From an uncultured Phycisphaerales bacterium (GTDB taxonomy: Bacteria > Planctomycetota > Phycisphaerae > Tepidisphaerales > Tepidisphaeraceae), in NCBI GenBank assembly GCA_963758525.1, contig CAVWVQ010000003.1, positions 1,824,001-1,888,000 of the forward strand: 64,000 bases of DNA, given 5' to 3'. Shown here piece after piece: positions 41,629 through 53,070 of this stretch (positions are counted from its first letter, which is position 1; each line of letters begins with the position of its first letter). Made by a program: the position numbers and the translations under genes. Below the pieces are notes generated by a model. That model searched no databases. It was not told the DNA's origin and saw only the letters and a program-made list of their open reading frames with translations.

Positions 41629-42930
41629 TCACCTCCCCAAAATCTCATCTTCAATCGGCGCACCCGCGTCGCGCCGCGACCGCCGTGACTGCACGACTTC
41701 GATCACCCGGCCGACGATCATCTCCAGTCGGTCGGGCACATCCTCGGCAAGAAACCGCAAAACCGCCATCCCCTGCCGCTGCATCAGCCAATCTTTGGCG
41801 CGATCCCTGCGATATGCCTCTTTGTCCTGAAAATGGAAGTAGCCGTCCACTTCGATCGCAATCGATAATGCCGGGCAGAGCAGATCGATTTCCGCCTTCC
41901 GATTCCCGAACATGAAACCGCCGTCGGCATTGAGTACGAACAGTCCGGTAGTCGCGGCATCGGCTTGCAGCGCAGCGTACAGCAGCGCTTCGGCCAGACT
42001 GCGCACCGCAGCATACTCGGCGGGCGGCTCGGTTTGGACCGACGGCGCGGATGCGCCGACCTGCAACGCAACTCTCACTGCTCCGCGGGCGCGATCACGC
42101 AAATTCTCGATCGCGGCGCTCGTTGGCAATCCAGGATCGGAGCGTCCCGCTCGGGCGTCAGCCCGTGGTTCGCACGCGATTTCGACGGCGGCTTGCGAAG
42201 AGCGTTGCATAAGCCCCGGCGGGTCGCTGGCGCAGACGCTGAGCCCATCTCGCAGGATCGCCGGCGTGTGGGAGTCGAGTAATTCCTGCAATCGGCTCCA
42301 CGCGTCGGAGTCGGCGACGACAACCAGCCGCATCTCGCGAATTACTTCGACAGCACCGGCGATCCACCGAATCGTTTCGGCCATTTGATCTGCCTGGCTC
42401 GACGCCATGATGACGATGGGCCGAAGCCCGCCCCACAACTCCGCCACCATTTCCAAGCGCTCGACGTCGCCCAGTCCCCGCGCCCGCAAGTGATCCAGAG
42501 TTTCGCGGACCACCTGAGCGGGACTGCCGGCGGTGCTTACTGCGAGCAGCCGGGCAAACTCGTCTGCGCCGTGGCGGCCTTGCAACGTCCGCTCCGACTC
42601 GGCTTGCCACAGTCGCTCGGGGACCGACTTCGCGGGCTCCGCAATCTGCAGCACTTCCCGCGTGCGACCCAGGAGCATGTCGGCAACGTGCGCATCGAGC
42701 GGTTCATCTACTCCGCACCAACTCGACAGGAAACGCGTCACGTCGAGCGGCGACTGCACGAAGAACGGTAGTGATTGGCGGCCCGACGGATCAGACAATC
42801 GGTCCGATATTTTGATCGCCTTTGACTCGAGCAAGACCGCAATTCGACGATCGGCCGTTAAGAGTTCCCGGAGGATCTGCGGAGGTCCAGGAAGTCCGGG
42901 AGGAACCAGTTGTGGAGAGAGAATGCCCAT
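41629..42930 (-). CDS. DUF559/Vsr-like endonuclease-domain protein
   Basis: C-terminal RSLAEALL...EIDLLC...IAIEVDGYFH...YRRDRAKD..MQRQG..VLRF; long unassigned N-terminus. Confidence 0.85.
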   Translation of the reverse strand: MGILSPQLVPPGLPGPPQILRELLTADRRIAVLLESKAIKISDRLSDPSGRQSLPFFVQSPLDVTRFLSSWCGVDEPLDAHVADMLLGRTREVLQIAEPAKSVPERLWQAESERTLQGRHGADEFARLLAVSTAGSPAQVVRETLDHLRARGLGDVERLEMVAELWGGLRPIVIMASSQADQMAETIRWIAGAVEVIREMRLVVVADSDAWSRLQELLDSHTPAILRDGLSVCASDPPGLMQRSSQAAVEIACEPRADARAGRSDPGLPTSAAIENLRDRARGAVRVALQVGASAPSVQTEPPAEYAAVRSLAEALLYAALQADAATTGLFVLNADGGFMFGNRKAEIDLLCPALSIAIEVDGYFHFQDKEAYRRDRAKDWLMQRQGMAVLRFLAEDVPDRLEMIVGRVIEVVQSRRSRRDAGAPIEDEILGR

Positions 42931-43017
42931 CCCTTTTCGTATCGTCCGCGATTCGATGGAGCGAGGCAAGTTGCCGACGGCTGGACGAGTCTGCGAACCT
43001 TTTCCGAGATCATTAGA

Positions 43018-43377
43018 TTATTTGGCGAACATGAAGCGGCCTTCAACGCTCACCCGATCGTTCTTGCAACGCACGCCTTCGCTTTCGAGCATCTGGCGTT
43101 TTTTTTCCAGGCCTCCCGCATAGCCGGTTAATCGGCCGTCGCTGCCGACGACGCGATGGCAGGGGACGCCAGGGGCGTAGGGGTTGCGATTCATGGCGTT
43201 GCCGACGGCACGATATGCCTTGGTTCCCAAGGCGTGGGCGAGGTCGGCGTAGGTCGTCACCCTGCCGGGCGGAATCTGGCTCAGCAGCGCCCAGCACTTC
43301 TGGTTGAAGTTCATTCCTTCCACGATTTTCCCTTCCAAAATGCTCTGTTCGATGTCGGTCATGGCGGTGTTCTCCAT
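43018..43377 (-). CDS. Methylated-DNA--protein-cysteine methyltransferase (C-terminal domain only)
   Basis: IPPGRVTTYADLA, RAVGNAM..NP, PCHRVV active site, GYAGG..KK..LESEG. Confidence 0.92.
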   Translation of the reverse strand: MENTAMTDIEQSILEGKIVEGMNFNQKCWALLSQIPPGRVTTYADLAHALGTKAYRAVGNAMNRNPYAPGVPCHRVVGSDGRLTGYAGGLEKKRQMLESEGVRCKNDRVSVEGRFMFAK

Positions 43378-43523
43378 TATTTAAATTAGGGTAATGTTCA
43401 GCGCATTTGATTGCAAGAGAAAAGAGACGGCTGGAGGTGAATTTTAAACCTTTTGCGACTTCTTTCGGACTGAATTTGGAAACGGGTGAATGCGAAAACG
43501 GGGCTTTGGGGAGCCGGGGATCT

Positions 43524-45020
43524 TCAGACTGCCGCGTCGTTCACACGGGCGGGACGTCCGTGCCACGGGGGAGTGTGCCAGGCGCCGTCGCTGGAGCCGT
43601 TGAGAAGTTCGGGATGGCGGGAGGTTTGGCGCTCGTACTCGATGAGGATGTCGTTCAGAGCGGCGTCGGCTGACGGACTGACGTCAGCTAAGACCGCGAC
43701 GGTGCCTCCGCTGCCGCCGCCAGTGATTTTGGCGCCGTAGAGGCCGGCGCGCTCGCGCTTGCGGACCAGAGACACCAGGAGATCGCATTCCTGGGCGCCG
43801 AGCATGGCGTCCATGGTGTAGGACTGATGGGATGCGTACATCAGATGACCGGCGCGGTCGAGAAGACCGCCGCGGCGTTTGGCATCGGGGGCGAGCGCGG
43901 CCTGGGTCAGAAATTCCACGAACCGTTCGACTCGCCGTGCCTCCAAAACGTGATGATCTGTTGCATGACGCACGAGATAGTCGACGGCGGGATCGACACT
44001 GGTTGCGCGATCGATCGTGGGACCATAGCGATCGAGAAATTCCTGGCCGCGGATCGTTTCGGGCACGCGGGGACGGAAGATCGATTTGTAGTCGTCGCGT
44101 TCGACGTTGGCGAGGTAGCCGCGCATCGGATCGCCGATCAGCTCGCGTCCGGCGGCGGCGCCGATCTCGCGCATCGCCGCGAGAATGATCGTGTGCCCCA
44201 TGAACGCGGCGCATCGGGTTCGGCCGTAGGCGCCGCCGCCGACGCTGTGCTTCACGTTGCTGTTGATGCCGACGAAACGCGCGCCGGGCGGCAACGGAAG
44301 CGGGTCCTGCAGCTCGTGGGGTTGGCAGACCATGCGGAGCAACGATCCGCTTTTTCCCAGGCAGCAGGCAACCTGGTCCATGATCCCGCAGGGCGCGCCA
44401 ACGATCCGATTCTCGACTTCCTGCGAGAGCGCCGCGACGACAAGGCCATCGGCAATGTGCTTCCCACGGGAGGGATCGCGCAGGGAAAAATGATCGACGA
44501 AATTCAGCATGGTCGCGACTTCGATGGCGGCCGACGAGCTGACGCCGGCGCCGAGCGGAACGGTGCTGAGAATCGCCAGATTGAATCCACAAATCCCCGG
44601 ATCGTTCAAGTCGATGTAGCCGTGCTCGTGAAGAATGAAGAGGCACCCCGCGACATATGCCGCCCATTGCCGGCCGGGCTCGGCAAATTCGCGGCGCAAC
44701 GCTTCAGGGCTGCCGCCGGCGAGGGCGTCGAGAGAGATGCCGAACGTGAAGGGACGGTGTTCGTCGAGCAGGTTGAAGCTGAAAATGCGCAGCTCGCGAT
44801 CGGTCCGCTCCTGCGAGATGACCGCGGCGGCGCGATCGAGCGTCGCCTCGGCGACGAGCGAGCCGGTGTAATCGGCGATGCCGCCCATCACGTCGAGCCG
44901 CCCGGGGGCCCGGCTCACGCGCATTGCGCGGGTGAAGTCGAAGGATGCGGAGAGTTCGGCACGAGTGCGCTGCAGCAGCATCGGCACGGGATCGAGCTGC
45001 AGAATGTCGTTGGCGGGCAT
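43524..45020 (-). CDS. GHMP sugar kinase (L-arabinokinase/galactokinase-like)
   Basis: RAPGRLDVMGGIADY, VPLGAGVSSSAA, CGIMDQ, GAKITGGGSGG. Confidence 0.88.
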   Translation of the reverse strand: MPANDILQLDPVPMLLQRTRAELSASFDFTRAMRVSRAPGRLDVMGGIADYTGSLVAEATLDRAAAVISQERTDRELRIFSFNLLDEHRPFTFGISLDALAGGSPEALRREFAEPGRQWAAYVAGCLFILHEHGYIDLNDPGICGFNLAILSTVPLGAGVSSSAAIEVATMLNFVDHFSLRDPSRGKHIADGLVVAALSQEVENRIVGAPCGIMDQVACCLGKSGSLLRMVCQPHELQDPLPLPPGARFVGINSNVKHSVGGGAYGRTRCAAFMGHTIILAAMREIGAAAGRELIGDPMRGYLANVERDDYKSIFRPRVPETIRGQEFLDRYGPTIDRATSVDPAVDYLVRHATDHHVLEARRVERFVEFLTQAALAPDAKRRGGLLDRAGHLMYASHQSYTMDAMLGAQECDLLVSLVRKRERAGLYGAKITGGGSGGTVAVLADVSPSADAALNDILIEYERQTSRHPELLNGSSDGAWHTPPWHGRPARVNDAAV

Positions 45021-45029
45021 GACAGGAAC

Positions 45030-45569
45030 TTAATGCGACGGCGTCTGCTCGGGCGCGTGTACGTTGTGTCGGCCGAAGGATTTCTTTTCGGGGTCATTGC
45101 CCTCGATGACAACCTGGTCGAACAGCCGATGCCCCCCAAGATCGAACTCGGCTGTCAGCACATAGTTTCGTTCGCGGGACAGATTGGGCTGGGCCAGCTC
45201 GAAGCTGTAGCCGCGGATGGCGCTGTTCCAATTGGCGATCTGCTCGTCCCTGGTGAGAAGCGAACCGACCCACGGCCCGCCGACGCGTTCGCCTTTGGGA
45301 TCGGGGGCCGAGTACCGATAGGCGTAGAGCTCGAAGATCACTTTGCCCGTGGCGCGAGTGGTATCGCCGAACTGATCCTGCAATTCGATGACGGCCTCGA
45401 TCCCATCGGGTTTATTGTCGCCGGTCCAGTCTTTGATTTCGGTAAACGTGGGATGCAGGCGCATGGACTGCGGGCCGAACATCTCGTCATCGGAGGCGGA
45501 GCGACCGATCGAGTTCCCCTGGCATCCCCAAGCCGTCAGAGCGAGCACGAGCCAGATTCCTCGCCGCAT
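45030..45569 (-). CDS. Hypothetical lipoprotein
   Basis: MRRGIWLVLALTAWGC lipobox-like signal; 9 bp from the kinase start. Confidence 0.7.
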   Translation of the reverse strand: MRRGIWLVLALTAWGCQGNSIGRSASDDEMFGPQSMRLHPTFTEIKDWTGDNKPDGIEAVIELQDQFGDTTRATGKVIFELYAYRYSAPDPKGERVGGPWVGSLLTRDEQIANWNSAIRGYSFELAQPNLSRERNYVLTAEFDLGGHRLFDQVVIEGNDPEKKSFGRHNVHAPEQTPSH

Positions 45570-45671
45570 GAAGGGAAGGTAGGGGTGACGGGGAGGAGTG
45601 TCAAACTATGCCCGGTGAACAAAGCATTCAAAGGTGTCAAACGGCGGGCACTTGGCGATATACTAGCTGAT

Positions 45672-46236
45672 ATGACGCTCGCGGAAGTAGAAAAACGGGT
45701 GGCTGCACTCGAATCGGTCATCGGGAAGCTCGCCAACGGCAAAAAGAAGCCAAGTTTGCAAGGCTGGTGGCGTGAATCGGCTGGGAAGTTTGCCAACGAC
45801 CCAGTGTTCGATGAAATCGTTCGTCTCGGACGAGAGTATCGTCGGTCTCTTGGAAACAAGACGAAGGCGAAACGTGCTTTTGGAGAGGTTGGAGAGTTCG
45901 TCGGATCCAGACGTGCAAGTCACGATCGTGAGCTTCGAGGAACAGATGCGAGGCTGGCTTGCTTTCATATCAAATGCACGTAACCCCGAAGCTCAGGTGA
46001 ATGGCTATTACCGCCTTCACGCCCTGCTCGACGACTACACTCGTCGACCGCTTCTAGACTTCGATGATATGGCGGCTGCAATCTTTCAGCGGCTTCGCAA
46101 GCAAAGGGTTCGCATCGGAACCATGGATCTCCGGGTCGCCGCGATCGCTCTTGGGAACGATGCAACGTTGATTTCGCGAAACCTCGCGGATTTTCGCCGC
46201 GTACCCGGTCTCAGGGTGGTCGATTGGACGACTTAA
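45672..46236 (+). pseudogene. Degenerate vapBC toxin-antitoxin pair (antitoxin 3' end and PIN 5' end missing)
   Basis: Antitoxin MTLAEVEKRVAALE...WW...GKFANDPVFDEIVRLGREYR runs into PIN remnant VTIVSFEEQMRGW...GTMDLRVAAIAL...SRNLADF..VPGL..DWT, which lacks the N-terminal LDT motif. Confidence 0.75.
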
Positions 46237-46337
46237 CATTCTTCCGCGGACTTTTCGCGCCGTCCATGGGACTGCTCAGCGAATGACGCCACATCTGTCA
46301 CGGGGAAGCGATTGCGGTGATGCCTTCATCTCGCCAT

Positions 46338-49300
46338 TCAATCTTCAATCACCACTTTGTTCTCGTCTGAATTGCCCTTCAATTCCGGTGCGTACATTGC
46401 ACTGGCTCTGGTCGGCAACGCGCTGAACTTTCCGGGGATTTCGGCTCTGAGCCGGTATGAGACAGAGTGCTTGCCGCGGGCCAGTGCCCGCGCGAAGAAG
46501 CTGACGCGGTCGTCGCGCAGTTCCATATAGGCGTTAAGATCGTTGCCGTTGTAGCCGCTCTGCAGATCGACAGGCTCGAAGCCGGCGGCTTTCATGTCTT
46601 CGAACAGGACATACTCGTAGTCGTTCTTGCTGTCGATCTCAAGCTCGACTTCGATCAGATCTCCGCTTTTGAGCGCTTCGCCGTCGGCGATTTCCTTCCG
46701 CTCGTATTTTTCCACACTCTGGTCCAGCGCCTGTCCGCGCTGCCCGGAAACTTTGGCGGTCTCTTTCACTTCGATCAGCTTGTAGAACTTGCGTTGCACG
46801 CGGACTTCCAGCCCGGCTTTTTTGATCGGATCCTCCAGCGTGAAGTTGGTGACATAGGCGCTGAAATAGAGCGGGCCGGCGCCGGATTTGGCGAATTCGA
46901 TCTTGTGCTGGCCGGTGATGACGTCGTTGCCGCTCAGCACGACCTTGTTGTCAAACGAGAAGAGATTGGTCGCATCGATATGCACCTGCTTCATCTGCTT
47001 GCCGTCGATGCTGACCGTCACGGTTTCGTCCGGCTTGTCTTCGCCGCTGGCGCGGATGTAGTCGGCCAGGGCCTCGATGCAGATCGCGGTATCGCGGGTG
47101 CTGTTCCAGTACGACGCGTGCTTGCGATTGGTGATCAGATACTTCGCGAGGCGGGCGGTCACTTCGCCGTGCGGATCGGTCCGGCTCAGGAGCTTGAGAT
47201 AGTACCCCATCGCCTCGGTGTCAGAGCCGTACCAGCACCACCAGTAATTCTCAGCGGGGAGCTTCAGGTACGCGGTTTGGTCTTCGTTGTCCTCAACGAC
47301 GTATTGGGAAATGTTCTGCAGCAGCATGTCGAGCTTCTGCTTCTCCCCCTGTTTTTCAAGAGCGAGCGCGAACATCGCTTTGCCGTAGACGGCGATATCG
47401 TTTCGATCGCGATAGAGAAATGCGGTCATCTTCGGATCATGCACATCCGCATCGGCCAGCACCATATAGACAAACGCGTCGAGATCGTCTGCCGTCTCCT
47501 TCCACGGATCGATCTTGGCAGGGGCATTTTCGAGCATTTTCACCTGGCGGTTCTGATAATCGACGAGCCACTGCTGGCCGCGTTCGAGCAGGTTGCCGGG
47601 GAGGACGACGCCGTTGGATTTGGCGATCTGCAGGCCGTGCACGACCAGCGCGGTGGTGTGCGGCCAGGAGGATTCGCCGATGCCGCTGAACCATCCCCAG
47701 CCGCCGTCGGCAACCTGCATGTTGGCCAGCCGCTCGATTCCTTCGGCTGTCATGTCCGCGACCACTTTCTCGTCGAAGACGGGATTGCGCTGCCCGACGC
47801 CGGGGTTTGGCGGATTGTTGCGTTTCCAGTCCTTGCGCGCTGGGCATCGTCGCCGATTTCCTGCGCGTTGAGATTGGTGCGTTTCTGCTCGATCGCCTTG
47901 AGATCGAGGTGCATCCCCAGCAGCACCTTCTGGGTGATGACCGTCGGAAGAAATCGATTCAGCGTCTGCTCGGTGCAGCCATAGGGATAGTCAACCAGAT
48001 AGGGCAACGCATCGACCATGGCGGACGCGACGCTGGGAGAATAGCGGATCTCCACCCGGCTCTGCTCGGGCAATCGCTCGGCGGGAACGTTGAACGTCAG
48101 CGACGCGTGTTCATCTTTCGGCCGCATCGCGCCGGAGAACGAATCGGTTTTGAGCATCCCATGAATTTCCACGGGGAAGGTCATCTGCATGGCATCGGAT
48201 TCTTCGTCGGTCAGCGCGGCAACTTTAATGTCCGCCGTGCCGGGAGCGACAGCTTTGACGCGCCAATCGACGCGGGTTTCCCCATCGGCGGGGATTTCCA
48301 CGGTTTGCGCAAGATTGCTGCCGGTCGACGAATCGACCAACGGCGCGAGCGTATTTCCGCCCAGATCGAGCGTGACCTTCACACTCTTGGCACTCTTGAG
48401 ATAATTGTGAACATTGGCCGAGAGAACCACTTCGTCCTTCTGCACGAAGAATCGCGGAGCCTGGAGACGGACGATCACGTTCTTGAAAGTGACGACTTCG
48501 GCTTCGCCTTGTCCGACGCGCGTGCCTGACGACATCGACCAGACCTTGGTCTTCCAAGTCGTGAGACTTTCGGGCATGGTCAGCTCAACCTCGGCGGTTC
48601 CATCAGCGTTGGTGTCGATGCGCCCGACCCATAGAGCGGTGTCGGCGAAATTCTTGCGGACGGTCGGTTGCACGGTTGGAGCGCCGCTTCCGCCGGGTTC
48701 GCGGGCGGACCGCTTGTCGCCGTCGGACCGGAAGTTACCCCCGGCGCCGGCAGCGTCGGCCGCCATCGGCGCAGCGGGCGCGGCGGAATCTGCCGCCATC
48801 AGTTGATTCTGCTCCGCCATTCCGAAGAGATTTCCTCGCACTGACTTCAACGCCTTGACTCTGCCGCCCGGCACCATTCCATGGACACGGCCCTCGTCCA
48901 TACCCACCTCTCCAAACGCGCCCAGCACGGACATCGCGACTTCATCCGAGTGATATAGCGGCGTTCCCTCGCGGTCGAGGCTCGATTCTGTCTGCGGATA
49001 GTGATTCCGTCGCCATTTCCAGAAGAATGCCTTGATCTCCTCGACGTTGGATCCGCCGGAGATGTACTCGACGGCTTTGTCGTAGATGCTCACAACTTCC
49101 GAGCCAGCGACCGGCGCTCCGTTGGCATCGGTCACCTTGATCTGGACTTTCGCCTTCTCCCCGGGCCGATATTTCTCCGCCGAGGGAGTGACCGCCACAT
49201 TCACCACCCTGCTCTCCGGCGGCACCACGATCTCGCGGACGTCGTCAAATACTTTTGCGTCGCCCACCGTCAGCGCCTCGATGAAAAAGTTCGGCGTGTC

Positions 49301-52300
49301 CTTCTTCACCACCGCCACGTCCTCAATGGTGCTCTTTCCCTTGAGCCGCAGAACCTTCGGCGGCAGGTAGATGCCATTGCTCGGGCGAAGGAACAGGACG
49401 ACCGTTGAATCGGCACGATCGGTGTTGATCATCAGCCGGACGGTGTCGCCGGCCTGGTATTCCTTCTTGTCGGTTGTCAGTTCAATGTCATTGAAGCGGA
49501 ACTGCTGGCCGTTGAATCCCTCGCCGCGAACCACCAATACGTACCCGCCCTCGATGCTCCTGCCCCTGGCATCAGTCACGCGATAGCTGAGGCGGTATTG
49601 CCCGCTGGCGGCAGCCTTGATCTGCTGATGCGCCAGGCCCTGCGCGTCGGTGTCGAGCGCCCAATGCTCGACCTCGTTTTCGACGGGATTGCGATCTTTG
49701 TCGTAAGTAACACGCAGGAGCTTCAGCTCCCCCTTCGCGCCGGCGATGGGCTTGTTGTCGAGCGTCTGCGCGGAGAATGAAGCCTCGATCGCATCGCCCG
49801 TGTTGTAGTAGCCGCGATCGACCCAGGCGTAGACGCTGAATGGCTTGCGCGCGACGAGCACGTCGCCGGCGCCGACGATCGTCCGGCGCGATTGGTCGGT
49901 GACCTCTGCCGTGATCGAATAGCTCTGATCTTCGTCGCCGTGGACGGCCTTGGCGGGCGCGGTGTCGATCTCGACTTTTACCGTGCCGTCGGGACCGACC
50001 GGCACGTCGTTCTCCGCCACCACTTCCGGCGGGGCTGACTGGCGCGGCCACCAGAGGCGCAGCGGCGCCCGCATGCCCCAGTCGTTCCAGCCGCGATACC
50101 AGTTGTATTCCGCCGCAAACCACCAATAGCCCGGCTCATAGAACCAGTCCCACCGCGCGGCGGGAAACCAGCGGGCGTCGTGCGCCTGCCGCAGGATTTT
50201 GTAATGCACTTTCGCGTTGACGACGGGCGTCCCGAAATAGTATTTCGCCCGGATCGTGGCGGTGATCTTGTCGCCGAGCTGGATCGGCTCGGTCGGCGCG
50301 TCGACGGTCACTTCGTATTCCGGTTTCTTGTATTCCTCGACGCGGAAATTCCCGCCGCCGAAGTTGTCGACTCCCAAGGCGTAAACACCCAGCGTCGCGT
50401 CGGCGGGTATCGTATATTCCCCGTCAAACCCCCCGAATTCATCTGTCTGGTACGTCTTTTCAAGCACCTTTTCGCCGCGCGGATCCTGCATTCGCAGCAG
50501 CGCGCTGACGTTGGCGAATTCTGATTTGCTCTCAAGATCGTATTTGGCGGTTTCGAGCCAGAGCTTGAACTTTACGGTCTGGCCCGGCCGGTAGACGGGC
50601 CGGTCGGTGATGAGAAAGGCCTTTCGCTGGTTGTACTGGGCGTCGTAATATTGGCCGCCCCAAATTCCGGTGAAACCCAGGTACGCCAGGCGACCGTCCG
50701 GCGTGGTGGCGGTCGTGAGCCACTGGAAATTGGCGTCATTGCCTGTTGCGTCCAGCGAGCACTGCCCGTCGGCGTCGGTCGTGCCGGAGGCATTTTGCGT
50801 AATGATGCGGACGCGATTGTCGGCATACTCCTGGCGATAGCCGAAAAACTGCATCTTCGCGTTGGGAACCGGCGCACCGGTGACGGCATCCGCAACGAAA
50901 AAGTACGCTCCGTTCTCGCCGCGCTTCTGGACGATCGCCGTGTCGGCGATCCAGAGAATGATGCGCGTCGTGTTTCCATCCTCCATCCGCGCGGTGATCA
51001 GATAGGCGCCGGGTTGCTTGATCGGCACATCGACTTTCACGCGCCGATCGAAGTGTTTGGGCCGGGGCTGCAGGTCCATGTCCCATTTGGCCGTTTGCCT
51101 GATCAAGTATTGCTTCTGGTTTTTCTCGACCAGGCGATAGCCGAGATTGTTGACGTCGATGGATTGCCAATCGAGTTCACGCGGGTGCGCGGCGATGGCT
51201 CCCTGCACATCGTCGAGCAGCCTTTTGACATCGATCTCCTGCGCATCGAATGACACTTTCGTGCCGTTGCGGAAAACCAGGTAGGCCGACGCATTGGTCC
51301 CGGACGGCTCGGTTTCCGCTGCGTCGAACACGGCCCAATTCTTCAGGATCTGATCGAGCCGCGATTGCTTCGCATGGTCGGGGCCCGGCCCATAATCGGC
51401 GATGCTCTTCTTCCAATACTCCGCCGCCCGGTCGTACTGCTGGCGATTCTCGAAAAGTTCGGCAAGCTGCTCCAGCGCCTGCTCGCCCCAGTTCGATTTC
51501 TTCTCCGCAACCGACTGGAAGAGATGGATGAAATTGAACTCCTCGGGCAGCTTGAACCGCTTAATCCCACTGGCCAATCGCGCGATCGTTTCATCCTCGC
51601 CGAGCGTCTGGACGGCATAGGGGCCGCTCTCGTCCTTGCGCGTGGAATCGTCGTCCGCGGCGGGGCCAATATCGGCGCCGCGACCGAAGAATCGCGGGCC
51701 CATGTAAGCCATCGTCTGCACACCGAACTGAGTGTGCAGAAATTCAGCAAAGACGTATTTCGCGTGCAACGCCGCGTCATCTGACGTTTGGCCGGCTTGC
51801 TCAAGACACCATCGCCAGCGTTCGCCGTCGGTCTTGGCGTCGTTCCAGGATTTGGGGATCGCGTGATAAACAGGCGATCCGTCTTCATTCACGGGGGCGC
51901 CACGATCGTTGCTGTCTCCGTAATAGCGGAATCCCTCCTCGTAGTCGGGAAGCTTGGCGAAGTCGGAGAGGTACTGCAGTTTCCAGGCGCCGTCGCCGGG
52001 GCGGTTATCGAGGAGAACGCCGGCAAAATTGAAATAGAAAGCTCCCAAGGCGTTCTTATCCGGCTCATTTGCCGCGATCGGCATCGCCTGCACCATAAGT
52101 TGCAGGGCGCGGACGCGATCGCGCTCGAAAGTTGCCACCTGGCGGCCGTCGCCTTGCCGGCGTCCGCCGCGGTAGAACTTTCCGGCGACGATGGTCCCGT
52201 ACCCTTCCCCGTTCAGGTAGCTCTGGGCCGCCGCATCGAGCAGCCGCCAGTTGTTTGCGTGGGCGGCGATGGTCTTTTCGCGGAAGTCGTCAATCTCGTC

Positions 52301-52552
52301 GCTTCGGCCGAGCTGCTGCAGACATTGAATGCCGTTGACCAGGTCGTCTGATACGAGCATGGGATCATCCGTCGGATCCGTGGCGAGCATTGCGAACCCC
52401 GATTCGTAGGCGTCTTTCCAGTTTCCCTTTTGTTGCGCGGATTGCGCGGCTTCTCGCCGTTGCCCGGCGCCCGATTCGGCGGCGACTGCTCCAAGATAAA
52501 GGCCGCTCAGCGTGAGAAACAGAGCGTACAACCCCAGAACGCGTTTCGACAT
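46338..52552 (-). CDS. Bacterial alpha-2-macroglobulin (indel ~47835)
   Basis: TDRPVYRPG, FRVEEYKKPEY, VRKNFADTALW, LQAPRFF, YPYGCTEQT thioester motif, DGGWGWF, YRLRAEIPG...ASAMYAPE. Confidence 0.93.
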
Positions 52553-52739
52553 AGCAGTTTCCTCGAGTCCGCCCCCCGCCTTTGACGCAAGCGGCGCGCG
52601 GAAGTTCCCGCCGCTCGTACCACGGGTTCCCAACCCGTGCGAGAGATGCAGGATTCTAACGAGGATAGCTGAATGCTGCGGTTTTCTTACTACCGTGGCG
52701 CAGGGCGGGTTGGGAAAACCCGTGGTACGCCACGGCCGC

Positions 52740-52949
52740 TTACGCGTCGCGGCTGTTTTTCCCAATGAGGAAGTAAAGAATCATGCCGAGCACCGGCAGC
52801 AGCAAAATGACCAATGTCCAGAGAAGCTTATGCCCAGCCGTGCCGGCGCCGGCCAACACGCTGACGATCGCAATGATATCGAGTATCAGTACGATCAGTC
52901 CGAGCAAGCCGCCCCCTACCATCATGTCCGCGAGAATGAATTCAGCCAT
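52740..52949 (-). CDS. PLDc N-terminal-like small membrane protein
   Basis: LDIIAIVSV......KLLWTLVILLLPVLGMILYFLIG. Confidence 0.8.
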   Translation of the reverse strand: MAEFILADMMVGGGLLGLIVLILDIIAIVSVLAGAGTAGHKLLWTLVILLLPVLGMILYFLIGKNSRDA

Positions 52950-53070
52950 GTCAATAACTCCTGGTACAAAATGCATCGTACCCGGATCTGCGCCTGCGCG
53001 TCTGCGCCGAAAGTCATTTGCGAGAATACCATCATGCGTGCGCAGCACTTTAAATCCAAGGAGACGAAGT

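Noticed and set aside
37274..42930. Assignment to BREX, Gabija or a conjugative VirB4/VirD4 system
   Set aside because: No pglX/pglZ, OLD/UvrD, relaxase or T4SS genes are present.
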